DNA of 63,507 nt, filler included, from Octopus bimaculoides (GCF_001194135.2; 5 parts of 4 records of this genome joined end to end with filler, not necessarily neighbours in it); one strand, 5' to 3'; counted from the whole stretch's first letter, positions 1 through 12,949 are shown. Numbers and translations: made by a program. The notes: generated from the letters alone by a model not told the origin.

Positions 1-493
1 TATATATATATAAAGTTAGGGGTTGTGAATCCAACCCACTAAGGGATAATATCTATCCAATATACTACCGGAAGAATACCCAATTATTATTACACATTGC
101 TTTATATATATATCTATAAATATATGTATATATGTATATATATACTCGTTTTCGACCGTATAGTTGCCCTGATTTAGGTCTGAAAGGAAATATGGGTCTG
201 GTGTACACTGCGTTTCGCGTCAATGTAGATTTCAATATCATACATGCTCATTAACACTGATTTTCGACATATTTCCTCCTCTTCCACCTACTCGTACTCC
301 TCCATCTCCTTCTCTTTCCACTCCTCCACGTGCCCCTTCTCTTCTTCTTCCATGAACACTGCATCCACCACCAGCATCAGATCCCCCATCCAGGTTCTGC
401 AAATCACAATGTCTGATCAATATTTAATAGATATCTCTCTTCATCAAAAGGTCAAATTAAATGACTCTGTCTACCATATTCCGCCGTTAGATA

Positions 494-532
494 GCTACTA
501 CTACTACTGATAATAATAATATTAATAATAAC

Positions 533-564
<32 letters not shown>

Positions 565-647
565 TAATAATAATAATAATAATAATGATAATAATGATAA
601 TAATAATAATGATAATAAAAATGATAATCATAATGATGATGATGATG
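494..647. repeat. Compound trinucleotide microsatellite (TAC/TAA/TGA)n
   Basis: Direct reading; abuts the tail of the minus-strand SINE at 651-860. Confidence 0.9.
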
Positions 648-650
648 GTT

Positions 651-860
651 GTTTCTACTATAAGCACAAGGCCTGAAATTGGGGGAGGGGACTAGTCGAT
701 CATGTCGACACCAGTGTTTCACTGGTACTTAATTTATCGATTCCAAAAGGATGAAGGGCAGAGTCGACCTCGGTGGAATTTGAACCCAGAAGGTAAAGAC
801 GGATGAAATGCTCTAAGCGTTTCGCCCGGTGTGCTAACCAATCTGCCAGCTCGCCGCCTT
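651..860 (-). mobile_element. tRNA-derived SINE, family A (about 210 bp), full length
   Basis: Reverse complement starts AAGGCGGCGAGCTGGCAGA (A-box-like) and carries a GGTTCAAATTCC B box; alignable to 9 other copies in the window. Confidence 0.9.
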
Positions 861-1156
861 GATAACAATAATAATAATCCATTTAGTAGTAGTAGTAGTA
901 GTGGTAGTAGTAGTAGTAGTAGTAGTAGGTGTGGGTGTTGGTGCTGTTGTTGCCTTTGGTGTTGCTGTTGTATCTGGTGCCGTTATTTAGCATCAGATCT
1001 GACCTGATTGACAAGATGTTAGAATCAAAGAAATCCGGACAACTTCATTCCAATTATCTTCGTATATCTGGGACGACATAGGACCCACAAAGTCTTTTAC
1101 AATTCGACGGCATTTCACTGTCATTAGCAACACGTAGCAGCAGCAGTGGTAGTAGT

Positions 1157-1188
<32 letters not shown>

Positions 1189-1544
1189 TAGTGGTAGTAG
1201 TGCTGTGGATGATGGCATTCGCTTAGTTGTTATGTTGGTGGCCTCGTTTATACCTATTTTGCAGTAGTAGTAGTTGTATTAGTAATGGTGGTAGTGGTGG
1301 TCGTCGTCGTCGTCATCGTAATGGTGTTGGTGGTGGTGGTTTTGTTTTGTAGTTGTAGTGGTTGTGGTAGGTGTAGTTCGCAACATGGCGCTTTATTGCT
1401 GTTAGAATTCGTTTTTTGTTCTTGTTTTCTCCGTGAAATGATGTTTATATGCTTTTATCGTTATTAAGCTCAATAAATCTTATTTCACACTCTGCAAAAG
1501 TACCAAGAGAGGAAAATGAGGGTGAGATAAAGAGCATATGTATG

Positions 1545-1607
<63 letters not shown>

Positions 1608-1630
1608 GAGAGAGATAGAGAAAGAGAGAG
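1545..1630. repeat. (GATA)n + (GA)n microsatellite
   Basis: Direct reading. Confidence 0.95.
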
Positions 1631-2540
1631 AGTGTGATTCGAAAGCTGGCGAAAATTGAACGGCTGAATTTGGTCATCATAGTGTAATAAATATACATAT
1701 CTACTCACAAGAAACATTGACTAATATGGCGACCGGACAGATAAATACATGCACGCGAATTCAAACACACACGCACGCAGACACACTCACACCCATACAT
1801 GCACACTTATCTACAGATATGAAAACGAAGGTCCTGTGTGTTTATATGTGTGTGGGTATATATATATATACATACAAAGAACGCCGAACGCAAAACATTA
1901 TATGAATACGTATATTCATACATATATCTGCGTATATATACGTGTGTGTGTGTGTGTTTGTATAAGAATCACATATATATGTATGTACGTATACGTGCAC
2001 ACATACACACACTTAAACATATATATACACACATACACAGATTGACGCATAGTTTTACGCACACATACACACATCGTAGATGTATATACACGTTTAATTT
2101 ATTCATCGATTGGTCCGCACACATATTTCCATTTATAGCACTCTGTCCAAGTTTATGATTGACAGATATGAATTGACTTACACTAACCTTGCAAAAACGG
2201 AGATAATTTACTAAGACAAAAACAAAAAACAAAAACACTACTATTGACAAACTTAATGTAGGCATCAATTAAGGAATATTTTATACAATCAGTTTTATGT
2301 TAGATATGAATCAGCAATGCTTGTTTGCCATGTTTTTTTTGTTTGTTTGTTTTTAATTATGCTTTTATATACGCATATGTATCTATACGATGTGTTTGCT
2401 TTTTAGGCCTCTATCTCACGTCTTTTCGACGAGAAGTGAAATCACATATCGATGTTTCATTTAGTTCTCCATTTATATTGATCTATGATTTTACCTCATT
2501 CTTCTCTTCCGTTCTCCGTCCTCCTCGCCCTCCTCCTCTT

Positions 2541-2574
<34 letters not shown>

Positions 2575-2703
2575 GCTCTCTCTCTCTCTCCTGCATCCTG
2601 CTCATCTTTCTCTCTCCTTCTCTCCTTATCCATGTATGTATGTATATATGTTACCCTAAATCTTTCTTTGAGAGGTTGTACTGTATACACATTAGTATTA
2701 CGT

Positions 2704-2735
<32 letters not shown>

Positions 2736-3764
2736 NNNNNNNNNNNNNNNNNNNNNNNNNNNNNNNNNNNNNNNNNNNNNNNNNNNNNNNNNNNNNNNNN
2801 NNNNNNNNNNNNNNNNNNNNNNNNNNNNNNNNNNNNNNNNNNNNNNNNNNNNNNNNNNNNNNNNNNNNNNNNNNNNNNNNNNNNNNNNNNNNNNNNNNNN
2901 NNNNNNNNNNNNNNNNNNNNNNNNNNNNNNNNNNNNNNNNNNNNNNNNNNNNNNNNNNNNNNNNNNNNNNNNNNNNNNNNNNNNNNNNNNNNNNNNNNNN
3001 NNNNNNNNNNNNNNNNNNNNNNNNNNNNNNNNNNNNNNNNNNNNNNNNNNNNNNNNNNNNNNNNNNNNNNNNNNNNNNNNNNNNNNNNNNNNNNNNNNNN
3101 NNNNNNNNNNNNNNNNNNNNNNNNNNNNNNNNNNNNNNNNNNNNNNNNNNNNNNNNNNNNNNNNNNNNNNNNNNNNNNNNNNNNNNNNNNNNNNNNNNNN
3201 NNNNNNNNNNNNNNNNNNNNNNNNNNNNNNNNNNNNNNNNNNNNNNNNNNNNNNNNNNNNNNNNNNNNNNNNNNNNNNNNNNNNNNNNNNNNNNNNNNNN
3301 NNNNNNNNNNNNNNNNNNNNNNNNNNNNNNNNNNNNNNNNNNNNNNNNNNNNNNNNNNNNNNNNNNNNNNNNNNNNNNNNNNNNNNNNNNNNNNNNNNNN
3401 NNNNNNNNNNNNNNNNNNNNNNNNNNNNNNNNNNNNNNNNNNNNNNNNNNNNNNNNNNNNNNNNNNNNNNNNNNNNNNNNNNNNNNNNNNNNNNNNNNNN
3501 NNNNNNNNNNNNNNNNNNNNNNNNNNNNNNNNNNNNNNNNNNNNNNNNNNNNNNNNNNNNNNNNNNNNNNNNNNNNNNNNNNNNNNNNNNNNNNNNNNNN
3601 NNNNNNNNNNNNNNNNNNNNNNNNNNNNNNNNNNNNNNNNNNNNNNNNNNNNNNNNNNNNNNNNNNNNNNNNNNNNNNNNNNNNNNNNNNNNNNNNNNNN
3701 NNNNNNNNNNNNNNNNNNNNNNNNNNNNNNNNATATATATACATACATATACACACAGATATAA

Positions 3765-3818
<54 letters not shown>

Positions 3819-4230
3819 ATTTGCATATCTCTCTCTCTCTCTCTCCCTATATATATATATATATATATATATACTCATACATTTATATATATACACATAT
3901 ATATATATACATATACACACAGATATAAATATATATACATACATACATACATACATACACGTAATATGCGTGTGTTTTATGTGTCTCTCTGTATACGTAT
4001 GTATATTTGCAGGAAAAGCCAGAAGTAAGAAAAAAAAAGTCATTTAAGATAACCGACTTGAAGAAAATCAAGGGCAAGTAACCGATCCCATCCTCACAGG
4101 ATACGATGATGCAGGGAAATAACATTTAGTTTGGTTTCTTGCCAAACGACTAATAGAGAAATATTGTTGGAATATATTCAAAATGTTGAGACATGTTTTT
4201 ATATGGATATTTTCATTTTATGGATGCGCG

Positions 4231-4308
4231 AAAATATATAAAGGAAACAGTAAAAAATATATAAAGGAAACAGTAAAAAATATATAAAGGAAACAGTAAA
4301 AAATATAT
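4231..4308. repeat. 23-bp tandem repeat x3.3 (AAGGAAACAGTAAAAAATATATA)
   Basis: Units start at 4241, 4264 and 4287. Confidence 0.9.
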
Positions 4309-4539
4309 GACTACATAGATAAGTGTATAAATTAAATAACTAAAATATAATAGATATTGGAAGTAAAAAACAAAAAAGGATAAAATGAAGAAATGGAAGA
4401 ATGAAAGGAATCACTATAGAAAGCCATGAAGAAATATGTATATGGAGTTAGTAATTTTGATGAGAAATATTTAGTATTTCATAATGGAATTCAACTAGTA
4501 TTTTTTCCTGTACATTTTATATTATTCGGAAAGCAACGT

Positions 4540-4729
4540 AAGGCGGCGAGCTGGCAGAATCCTTAGTATGATTACATTTGAAGTTCAAATTCCGTCGAGG
4601 TCAACTTTTGGCTTTCATCCTATGGAAGTATATAAAACAAGTACCAGTAGAAAACTGGCGTCGATGTAACCGACTTACCTACCTCTCTCCTCCCCCGAAA
4701 CTGATGGCCTTGTGCCAAAATTTGAAACC
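4540..4729 (+). mobile_element. SINE family A, internally deleted
   Basis: AAGGCGGCGAGCTGGCAGAATC head, GTTCAAATTCC B box, 3' GGCCTTGTGCCAAAATTTGAAACC then (ATT)n. Confidence 0.9.
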
Positions 4730-4730
<1 letters not shown>

Positions 4731-4790
<60 letters not shown>

Positions 4791-4840
4791 TTATTACTAA
4801 TACTACTACTACTACTACTATTATTATTATTATTATTATT

Positions 4841-4885
<45 letters not shown>

Positions 4886-4905
4886 GCTGTTGTTGCTGTT
4901 GTTAT
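4731..4905. repeat. (ATT)n/(ACT)n/(GTT)n microsatellite (SINE tail expansion)
   Basis: Direct reading. Confidence 0.95.
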
Positions 4906-4906
4906 C

Positions 4907-5040
4907 AAGGCGGCGAACTGGCTGAAACGTTGGCATGCTGGACGAGATGCTTAGCTTCGTTCTGAGTTCAAATTCCGCCGAGGTCGACTTTGCCTTTAGT
5001 CCTCTCAGATTCGATGAAATAAGTACCAGTTGAACACTGG
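4907..5040 (+). mobile_element. SINE family A, 3'-truncated
   Basis: AAGGCGGCGAACTGGC head, GAGTTCAAATTCCGCCGAGGTCGACTTTGCC body. Confidence 0.85.
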
Positions 5041-5048
5041 AAATAATA

Positions 5049-5262
5049 TGTGAGGTGGTAGACCAGTTAGCACCCCGGGAAAAATGCTTTGCAGCATTTT
5101 GTCCGTATTCACGTGCTGAATTTAAACTACACCGAGGGAGACTTTCCTTTTCATCCTTTCAGGGTTGACAAATTAAACACCAGTGAAACACTGGGGTTAA
5201 TGTAATCGGCTAGTCCTCTTCCCCAAAATTTTCAAGATTTGTTCCTTTAGCACAAAGTATTA
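5049..5262 (+). mobile_element. SINE family A, diverged
   Basis: Collinear with other copies through CCTTTCATCCTTTC and CCCCAAAATTTT; ATT tail. Confidence 0.8.
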
Positions 5263-5279
5263 TTATTATTGCAGTCGTT

Positions 5280-5490
5280 AAAGCGGCGAGACGGCAGAAT
5301 CGTTAGCACACCAGGTGAAAACGCTTTGTAACATCTTGTCCCTCCTAAAGTTCTGAGTTCAAATTCCGCCGTGGTGAACTTTGTCTTTTATTGTTTCGGA
5401 GTCTATAACATAAGCACCAGTTACGCACTGAGGTTGGTGTAATCGACTCCCACTAAATTTCAGGTCTTTTACCTTTAGCATAAACGATTA
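5280..5490 (+). mobile_element. SINE family A
   Basis: AAAGCGGCGAGACGGCAGAATCGTTAGCAC head, GAGTTCAAATTCCGCC B box. Confidence 0.85.
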
Positions 5491-6108
5491 TAATTATTAT
5501 TGTAGTTGTTTTCTACATTTTAACATTATTCTTATAATAATCATCGTCTTCTACATCATCATCATTAACGTCATCATCTTCATCATCATCATCATCATTA
5601 CCAATTCGATAGAATTCTGATGTAATATCTCTTTTTCTTTTTCTTCGTCTTCTTCGAAATTCCTCTCAAATCTCTTGTGGAAATAATAGGAATTAGCTGT
5701 TTGGGTTGATTAAACATGCCAGGATCATATTCATTCCTTATTAAGGCATACCTGTCCCTTCTTTGCTCTGTGTATAAATGCATGTGGTGCATCTACATAC
5801 GTACGTGCGTATACATATACAAGAACGTACGTATATATATATATATAAAGATATGTGTGTGCGTGATTCGTGTTTCTGCTTATCTAGGTATGCGTAAATA
5901 TGTGTTTGTATATGAGTATACAGTGTACCTGAAGAGTACTTCTCCATGTCAAGTTATGCTGCCATAGGTCAAAAAAACTTTGTATTCATGTTACGTAATA
6001 TGCATCTTAAGATTATCCTGACATTGTTATATCATAATCTGCACGGTTGCTTCGTGGCAGTCACATATGTATATATATTTCACTCTATCTGTTTATCCAT
6101 ATATATAT

Positions 6109-6208
6109 NNNNNNNNNNNNNNNNNNNNNNNNNNNNNNNNNNNNNNNNNNNNTTAATTAATTAANNNNNNNNNNNNNNNNNNNNNNNNNNNNNNNNNNNN
6201 NNNNNNNN
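6109..6208. other. Artificial scaffold spacer (44N-TTAATTAATTAA-44N)
   Basis: Exactly 100 bp; the 12-mer places stop codons in all six frames; identical construct occurs four times. Confidence 0.97.
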
Positions 6209-6883
6209 TATATATATATATATATATGTATGTAGGTGTACATAGATATATGTTTGTATATATATATACATATATATCCAGTGAATATAGCCATGTAATG
6301 TTTTACGTAATACATCAATAACTTTGTAACGATATATAACACAGCATATAGAAGTATTGCAATGGGGAAAATTGTAAATTTCAGAGCCCAACCTTTGTTC
6401 TTTAGCGACAAAGATCATATCTAACATAATAGCAAAATTTAAATACAGACTCTTGTGTGCTAATTCAATTTTCATTGTTTATTCCAATATGAGCTATTGC
6501 TTTGTAAAGAGTGGAGAGTACTTTCCGGGTTCAAGAGACTTTGTCGAAAACAAAAACAAAAGAATCCTTGTTTTCGTACAATTCTATGGTTTAGCATATT
6601 TTGATGTAATTCATGAAAATAAAATACGAGAACGATTGAAGTAAATATACTGCAGCGTGTCATATTTAGCATTTTGAATTCGTATGAAATGATAAACATA
6701 CAATCACACGCTCAATTCTACATACACACTTACAATCTTACACTAAACACGAAGACACACTTACACGCACATGCACACTAACACGCACACACCTACACAC
6801 AGACATATGCATTAGTATATTACATATATATGTATATATATATAATGATACGTGTATTATATATATATATATATATGTGTGTG

Positions 6884-6915
<32 letters not shown>

Positions 6916-6925
6916 NNNNNNNNNN

Positions 6926-7011
<86 letters not shown>

Positions 7012-7655
7012 GATACATGTATTTATGCATGCTTGTATGTACGTATGTTTGCATGTATTACACGATATAATTCAATCATACAGAAAGAACACTTAAAACC
7101 TTCAAACTAGTGTACACTCACAAGATCGATACAAATATAACTATAGAAATAAGCTTCTTTCTGTATTTTAGCAGTGGACTCGGAACAATAGCATTAGCTT
7201 TGGAGCTTTTCAAAGAGAAGTTAGAGCTAAGGGGATTACATGCATAACACGGTATCATCTACGGACTTAATTCTCACAGGAATATAAACGATATCAAAAG
7301 CGATTATGATATATTTTCTGTCTTAAATCTTTTATATTTTTCTTTTGTGTTTTGCAAGTCATGGATTTTGTCATTTTGTTTTCCTCTTTGAAAATGTTTA
7401 AACGCTAATACTGCATTTGATATATACATATATACATGCCTAAATAGAAATGCCNNNNNNNNNNNNNNNNNNNNNNNNNNNNNNNNNNNNNNNNNNNNNN
7501 NNNNNNNNNNNNNNNNNNNNNNNNNNNNNNNNNNNNNNNNNNNNNNNNNNNNNNNNNNNNNNNNNNNNNNNNNNNNNNNNNNNNNNNNNNNNNNNNNNNN
7601 NNNNNNNNNNNNNNNNNNNNNNNNNNNNNNNNNNNNNNNNNNNNNNNNNNNNNNN

Positions 7656-7689
<34 letters not shown>

Positions 7690-8330
7690 CGTAAATATAT
7701 TTGCATAAATGTTTGTGCGTGTCTGTGTATATGTTTGTGTGCGTCTGTGTGTATGTCTCTGAGTGTGTTTCGCACGTGCATATGTGTGTGCAAACATAGA
7801 AACACATACAGACGCACATTGTTTCATCTACTAGTTCGACTTACATTTTGAAGCAAATTTTAGAGAATAAACCGAAACATAAAAAATCACTAGAAAGAAT
7901 TATAAATGGCTATAATGTTCTGATATGTATTCCCAATTTGTCTTTCGTACTTTTTTGAAACATGCTGATATATGTGTATGAGAGAGATTTTGTTTCTGTG
8001 TCTAAATCTCCGTATGCATCTATGAGTATATTCGCGTGCACAAATGTATACATACAGAGACACACACATATAACTCTGTTACATCTACTAGAATTCAAAC
8101 AGAATTTCCCTAATAAATTCTCCTTATAGCAAAAATGCAAACCAAAGCAGCTTTATGATTAATATAGTCTTAAATCTTGTAATTTCATGTAGCAGTACAA
8201 TCACATTTCGGTGCTTATAAAAACCAAGTGATAGTTTGTTTATATACATGATCACTTTTGAATATTACTTTCTGTAGACAAGTAATGTCCCTGAAATGTA
8301 TGTCCCACTAATCGATCTAATTTTCAAACT

Positions 8331-8450
8331 CTCTTTTACTTGTTTCAGTCATTTGACTGCGGCCATGCTGGAGCACCGCCTTTAGTCGAGCAAATCGACC
8401 CCAGGACTTATTCTTTGTAAGCCTAGCACTTATTCTATCGGTCTCTTTTT
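8331..8450 (-). mobile_element. SINE family B, 3' module only
   Basis: Reverse complement matches the 3' part of the full copy at 11612-12030 (GGGGTCGATTTGCTCGACTAAAGGCGGTGCTCCAGCATGGCCGCAGTCAAATGACTGAAAC). Confidence 0.9.
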
Positions 8451-9415
8451 TGTTTCTTTTGGTTCACATTTTATCTCTGAATCAAGATCTTGTAATGTCT
8501 ATTGTCTTTTCTCCACATTTTTGATAACATAAGTGGTGATCAATTTCTTAGCGCCGAACACGAAAGCCTCAAAATCCCGAATTTTGGAATACTGAATTAT
8601 CAAAGTTTTTAATTACTGTCGTATTGCCTTTTATCTTACTTCAACTTCGCCTTTTCGCGGAATAATAGCTTTCTACACTATTTACAGTAAAAATGCAATT
8701 TTGAATGCCATTATCTAATACGTTGAGCTTTTATCTTGGAATACTATGAAAGAAATATTGGAGAATGTAATTTATTTCCGTATCGAAAATTTGTCTACTT
8801 TTAAATTTGATTTGAATTTCAAGAATGAAAATTTACATATATGTAAAAATAAAGAAGAATAATTTAAAATAACTGCTGTAGAGTTCCATATATGTGCGAA
8901 TTATGGTATGAGATATTGTGAAATGCATGATAAGCATATCAAACTATTTGGGAAACTTTTTCTTTTTGATGGTTTCCACAATTAAGTTTTACAAGATAAT
9001 CATCTTAACCACAGCAGACATATTACAATACAGAGAAAGCAAATTAAAATGAACCATTCTCATATTTTCTAACTATAATAAACACTCCCATAACAAGTAT
9101 TAAGGTTAGATTCTGTGAAAGTATTATCCGTATAAATTATTTAATGCAACAGAACCAGAGATAATATAATAGCAACTGAAACTGTTATTGTTTCCAAGTG
9201 TTACATGTTAAACGTTCGGAAAATTTCGTAAATAGCCACTACTCATCCCACCAGCGCTCTATTTGTCTCAACCCATTATCTTTATAGCGCGAGATTTAGG
9301 AATATCATTCATGATATTGCACACACGCACGCATACATTGGCTCACAGAACATCTGATAATTATAGTGAAGTTGTGCACCTAATAGGTATGTTTTGATTA
9401 GTCGACTATTGCCGT

Positions 9416-10408
9416 TGTTACGTTACAACACCCCGTCCTCGCGCGATAGTTGAAAATCCACAAAGAAGAGACAGAACTGTATAATTTTTACAATTCTTTT
9501 TATAAGTTGTAGATCTCTACTTCATTATAAATGCGAAGCAATACCACGAAGGAACCGACGTAAGCAAGATAATAAACAGCGATAGGTGATTCGTGATATG
9601 GCAAGGGATACAGTCAATATGAATGATCGAACACTAAAGATAACAATAAAAAGAGGACCTGAACATGGAATATTAGTTTGACGCTCGGTAAAGAGATAGA
9701 ATTTTTAAATTTGCGGGCATAGCTTTTCGTTGGAACAGAAATCGGTGAAGTAATCACAAGACAATGTAAAATAATGGTTAGTACATATCTATTTTTTTTT
9801 TTCAGTAAATTTGACTTACAACTGTTTCTTTCAGTCATTACATCTCCCTTATTATTAGGTTTAGTCAATCAGACCGTTGATCTGTGAAGAGAAAGTGAAC
9901 TACATGTCAGCTAATGGTACTTTCGTTGGAATCGTTTCTGGTTATAACAAGAAAGAACACTGAAAGAACTGTATGAGTACGGGGCGGGGAGTGAAGGAAG
10001 GCAATAAGAAATACTATAAGGGAGGTTGAAGTTAGAGAAAGAGGAAAACGGAAACAGAAAACCGGAATCAAGTGATGGTTTGTAAAGTAAGAAAGAAAGG
10101 AAGAGAGGAAGGATTAAAAAGAATAGAAGAGGGGAGGCATTCTATATAAAAAGGCACAAGGGATGGTCAAAATTAAGGAGAGGATGCCTCCCCTCCACTA
10201 TTCTTTTTATTCCATCCTCTGCTCTTTGGTTTCCTTCTGTAATGACCAATATGTATGCCTTGTCTTGTATATCACTTTGTAAAATCCTCTATAACTGGGA
10301 CACAACAATGGATTTCCAATATAGAATAATGATGAACTCTGGCCATGGAACCCGCCACGTGGAGATCTTTACTAATGTAAACAATACTATTATCCTGGTC
10401 TTCTAACA
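9416..10408 (+). mobile_element. Possible solo LTR (weak)
   Basis: Begins TGTTAC and ends CTAACA (5/6 inverted); TATATAAAA at 10143 between purine-rich and pyrimidine-rich inverted arms. No TSD found. Confidence 0.25.
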
Positions 10409-11214
10409 GAGAGCTTCTAAAGTGTCCGAATTGATAATCCTTCATTAATAANNNNNNNNNNNNNNNNNNNNNNNNNNNNNNNNNNNNNNNNNNNNNNNNN
10501 NNNNNNNNNNNNNNNNNNNNNNNNNNNNNNNNNNNNNNNNNNNNNNNNNNNNNNNNNNNNNNNNNNNNNNNNNNNNNNNNNNNNNNNNNNNNNNNNNNNN
10601 NNNNNNNNNNNNNNNNNNNNNNNNNNNNNNNNNNNNNNNNNNNNNNNNNNNNNNNNNNNNNNNNNNNNNNNNNNNNNNNNNNNNNNNNNNNNNNNNNNNN
10701 NNNNNNNNNNNNNNNNNNNNNNNNNNNNNNNNNNNNNNNNNNNNNNNNNNNNNNNNNNNNNNNNNNNNNNNNNNNNNNNNNNNNNNNNNNNNNNNNNNNN
10801 NNNNNNNNNNNNNNNNNNNNNNNNNNNNNNNNNNNNNNNNNNNNNNNNNNNNNNNNNNNNNNNNNNNNNNNNNNNNNNNNNNNNNNNNNNNNNTCATCAG
10901 ACAGTAATTTCTACCTCCGGTATTTGAGTACTCTTTTTCCATCTTGTTTCACATGTATGTGCTTACTCCGGTATATATAGTTATATATATATGAGTGTGT
11001 GTGTGTGTGTGTTTTGTGTCTATATATATATATATGTATACCCACAGACACGTGCTCTATTATAACAGTGAATGTATAAATGTTGGTATGTCTGAGTTTT
11101 TGTATATATCTATGTATCTATTATCCACCTATATATTTGTCTGTCTGTCTATTTAACATTTAGTCCCTATTTGTAGATATCTCCATATCTACTTGTCTCT
11201 CTACAAATATATAT

Positions 11215-11530
11215 GTATAATTGTGCCAAAGTTTGGCATTGAAAGCTACACAAATACCAGAACGGGTCGACACTGTACAGTGCCAAAGATCCCAACAGTG
11301 CCATCTCGCTTCAGGACCAGTTACCGCAACAGCCTGGGTTTCAGGGCCCACAGCTTTTCAATATTCTCCCAGAGAGCCTAAGAGACCTACAAAATGTGGA
11401 TGTAGGTGCTTTCAAATAAAAAAAATTAGAACTCTTGCTGTCGAGAGTCCCAGATGAACCTACCTCGTGACAAAAGGTGCAAATGAGGGTAGCGACATCA
11501 AACTCTCTTATTCATCAAATGCCACATTAA
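11215..11530 (+). mobile_element. CR1/L2-type LINE 3' end relic
   Basis: Frameshift-corrected translation GRHCTVPKIPTVPSRFRTSYRNSLGF/GPQLFNILPESLRDLQNVDVGAFK*KKLELLLSRVPDEPTS...SNSLIHQ fits the GPxLFNxLP...FKxxLDxxLxxxPDxP pattern of CR1-group ORF2 C-termini. Confidence 0.75.
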
Positions 11531-11611
11531 AGACGGCTTTCAATAATAACAGTGTTGCAAAACGGCACTGACCCAGCATCACCACAGCTCTGCGCTGAAA
11601 CTGAATATATA

Positions 11612-12030
11612 TTCAGGAGTGGATGTGTGGTAAGTAGCTTGCTTACCAGCCACATGGTTCTGCGTTCAGTCCCACTGCGTGGCACCTTGGGCAAGTGTCT
11701 TCTACTATAGCCTCGAACGGAGAAAGGCCTTGTGAGTGGATTTGGTAGACGGAAACGGAAGGAAGCCCGTTGTATATATATGTATACATATATATATATA
11801 TATATATATATGTATACGTGTGTATATGTTTGTGTGTCTGGGTTTGTGCCCCCAATATCGCTTGACAACCGATGCTGGTGCGTTTACGTTCCCGTAACTT
11901 AGCGGGTCTCCAAAGGAGACCGATAGAATAAGTACTGGGCTTACAAAGAATAAGACCTGGGGTCGATTTGCTCGACTAAAGGCAGTGTTCCAGCATGGCC
12001 GCAGTCAAATGACTGAAACAAATAAAGAGT
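11612..12030 (+). mobile_element. SINE family B, full length, with internal (TA)n(TG)n tract
   Basis: A-box-like GTGGATGTGTGGTAAG, CGTTCAGTCCC B-box-like, CCTTGGGCAAGTGTCTT body, internal dinucleotide tract, 3' module ending GACTGAAACAAATAAAGAG. Confidence 0.92.
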
Positions 12031-12915
12031 ATATATGAATAGCTGTTAAAAGTCTCACTTATACTATTTTATGTATGGGTGGATCTGATACTGGAAATAG
12101 TATTGCTTTTCATCAAGTTATTGCAATCCACAAGAGCAATAAAGTCTTCATACCTAAACAGTTTGCCAAATAGTTGGACATTTCTCGTATGAATGCGCTA
12201 AACAAATCAAACTTTTAATATAGAAATATTGGAACATTCGTAGACATTGAAGTTTTCATGCATAAATCAACGTTAGATTGCAGCACATATCTGTTGGAAC
12301 CTTTCCAGTCTCCAGAACGCACTATGTGATTCTATGTTAACCTACACTACACTTCACAAATTTTCACACAGCTACATTACTGATGTCGCTTCATATGCTA
12401 CTAGAATTCGAACATGCTTGAAATCACATCCTACCATTTTAGAAGTAAAATATATGTTCGACATTCAGAGACGGATATTTCACAAACGAAAAAATGATCT
12501 TTTTTTTTTTTCCTCACAGTTCTCCTCAGACAGCTCTTAATTAGAGTTTAATAGCAATAGCAACTGTAACAAGAATTTAAATTTCAGCTAGCAAATGAAA
12601 TAAACTAAATCAGTGATTTACAAGCTTACAAGAAATAGACGCCTCCTTTGAGAAATTCGTGTTCACCTTGTTGCCTCTCCCTATCTTCTAGTTAATGAGA
12701 TGATATTACACAAGATGTGCCCACACAATCCACCACACTTCGGCGTGGTATGCATCTTACTTAAAATATGCAACTGTTATATTTATTTAATGGTGCAATT
12801 GCACTGCAATATTTCAACCCTCAAACAACCTACGCATGATAGGAATGTTAACATGCATAACACAAAATGCGATTTCCATAATTGAACGCAGAATGTGTGT
12901 GTGCGCTGGAGCGTG

Positions 12916-12946
<31 letters not shown>

Positions 12947-12949
12947 ATG

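Noticed and set aside
238-510. Ser/Pro-rich ORFs on both strands
   Set aside because: Low-complexity CT-rich sequence, no splice context or recognisable motif.
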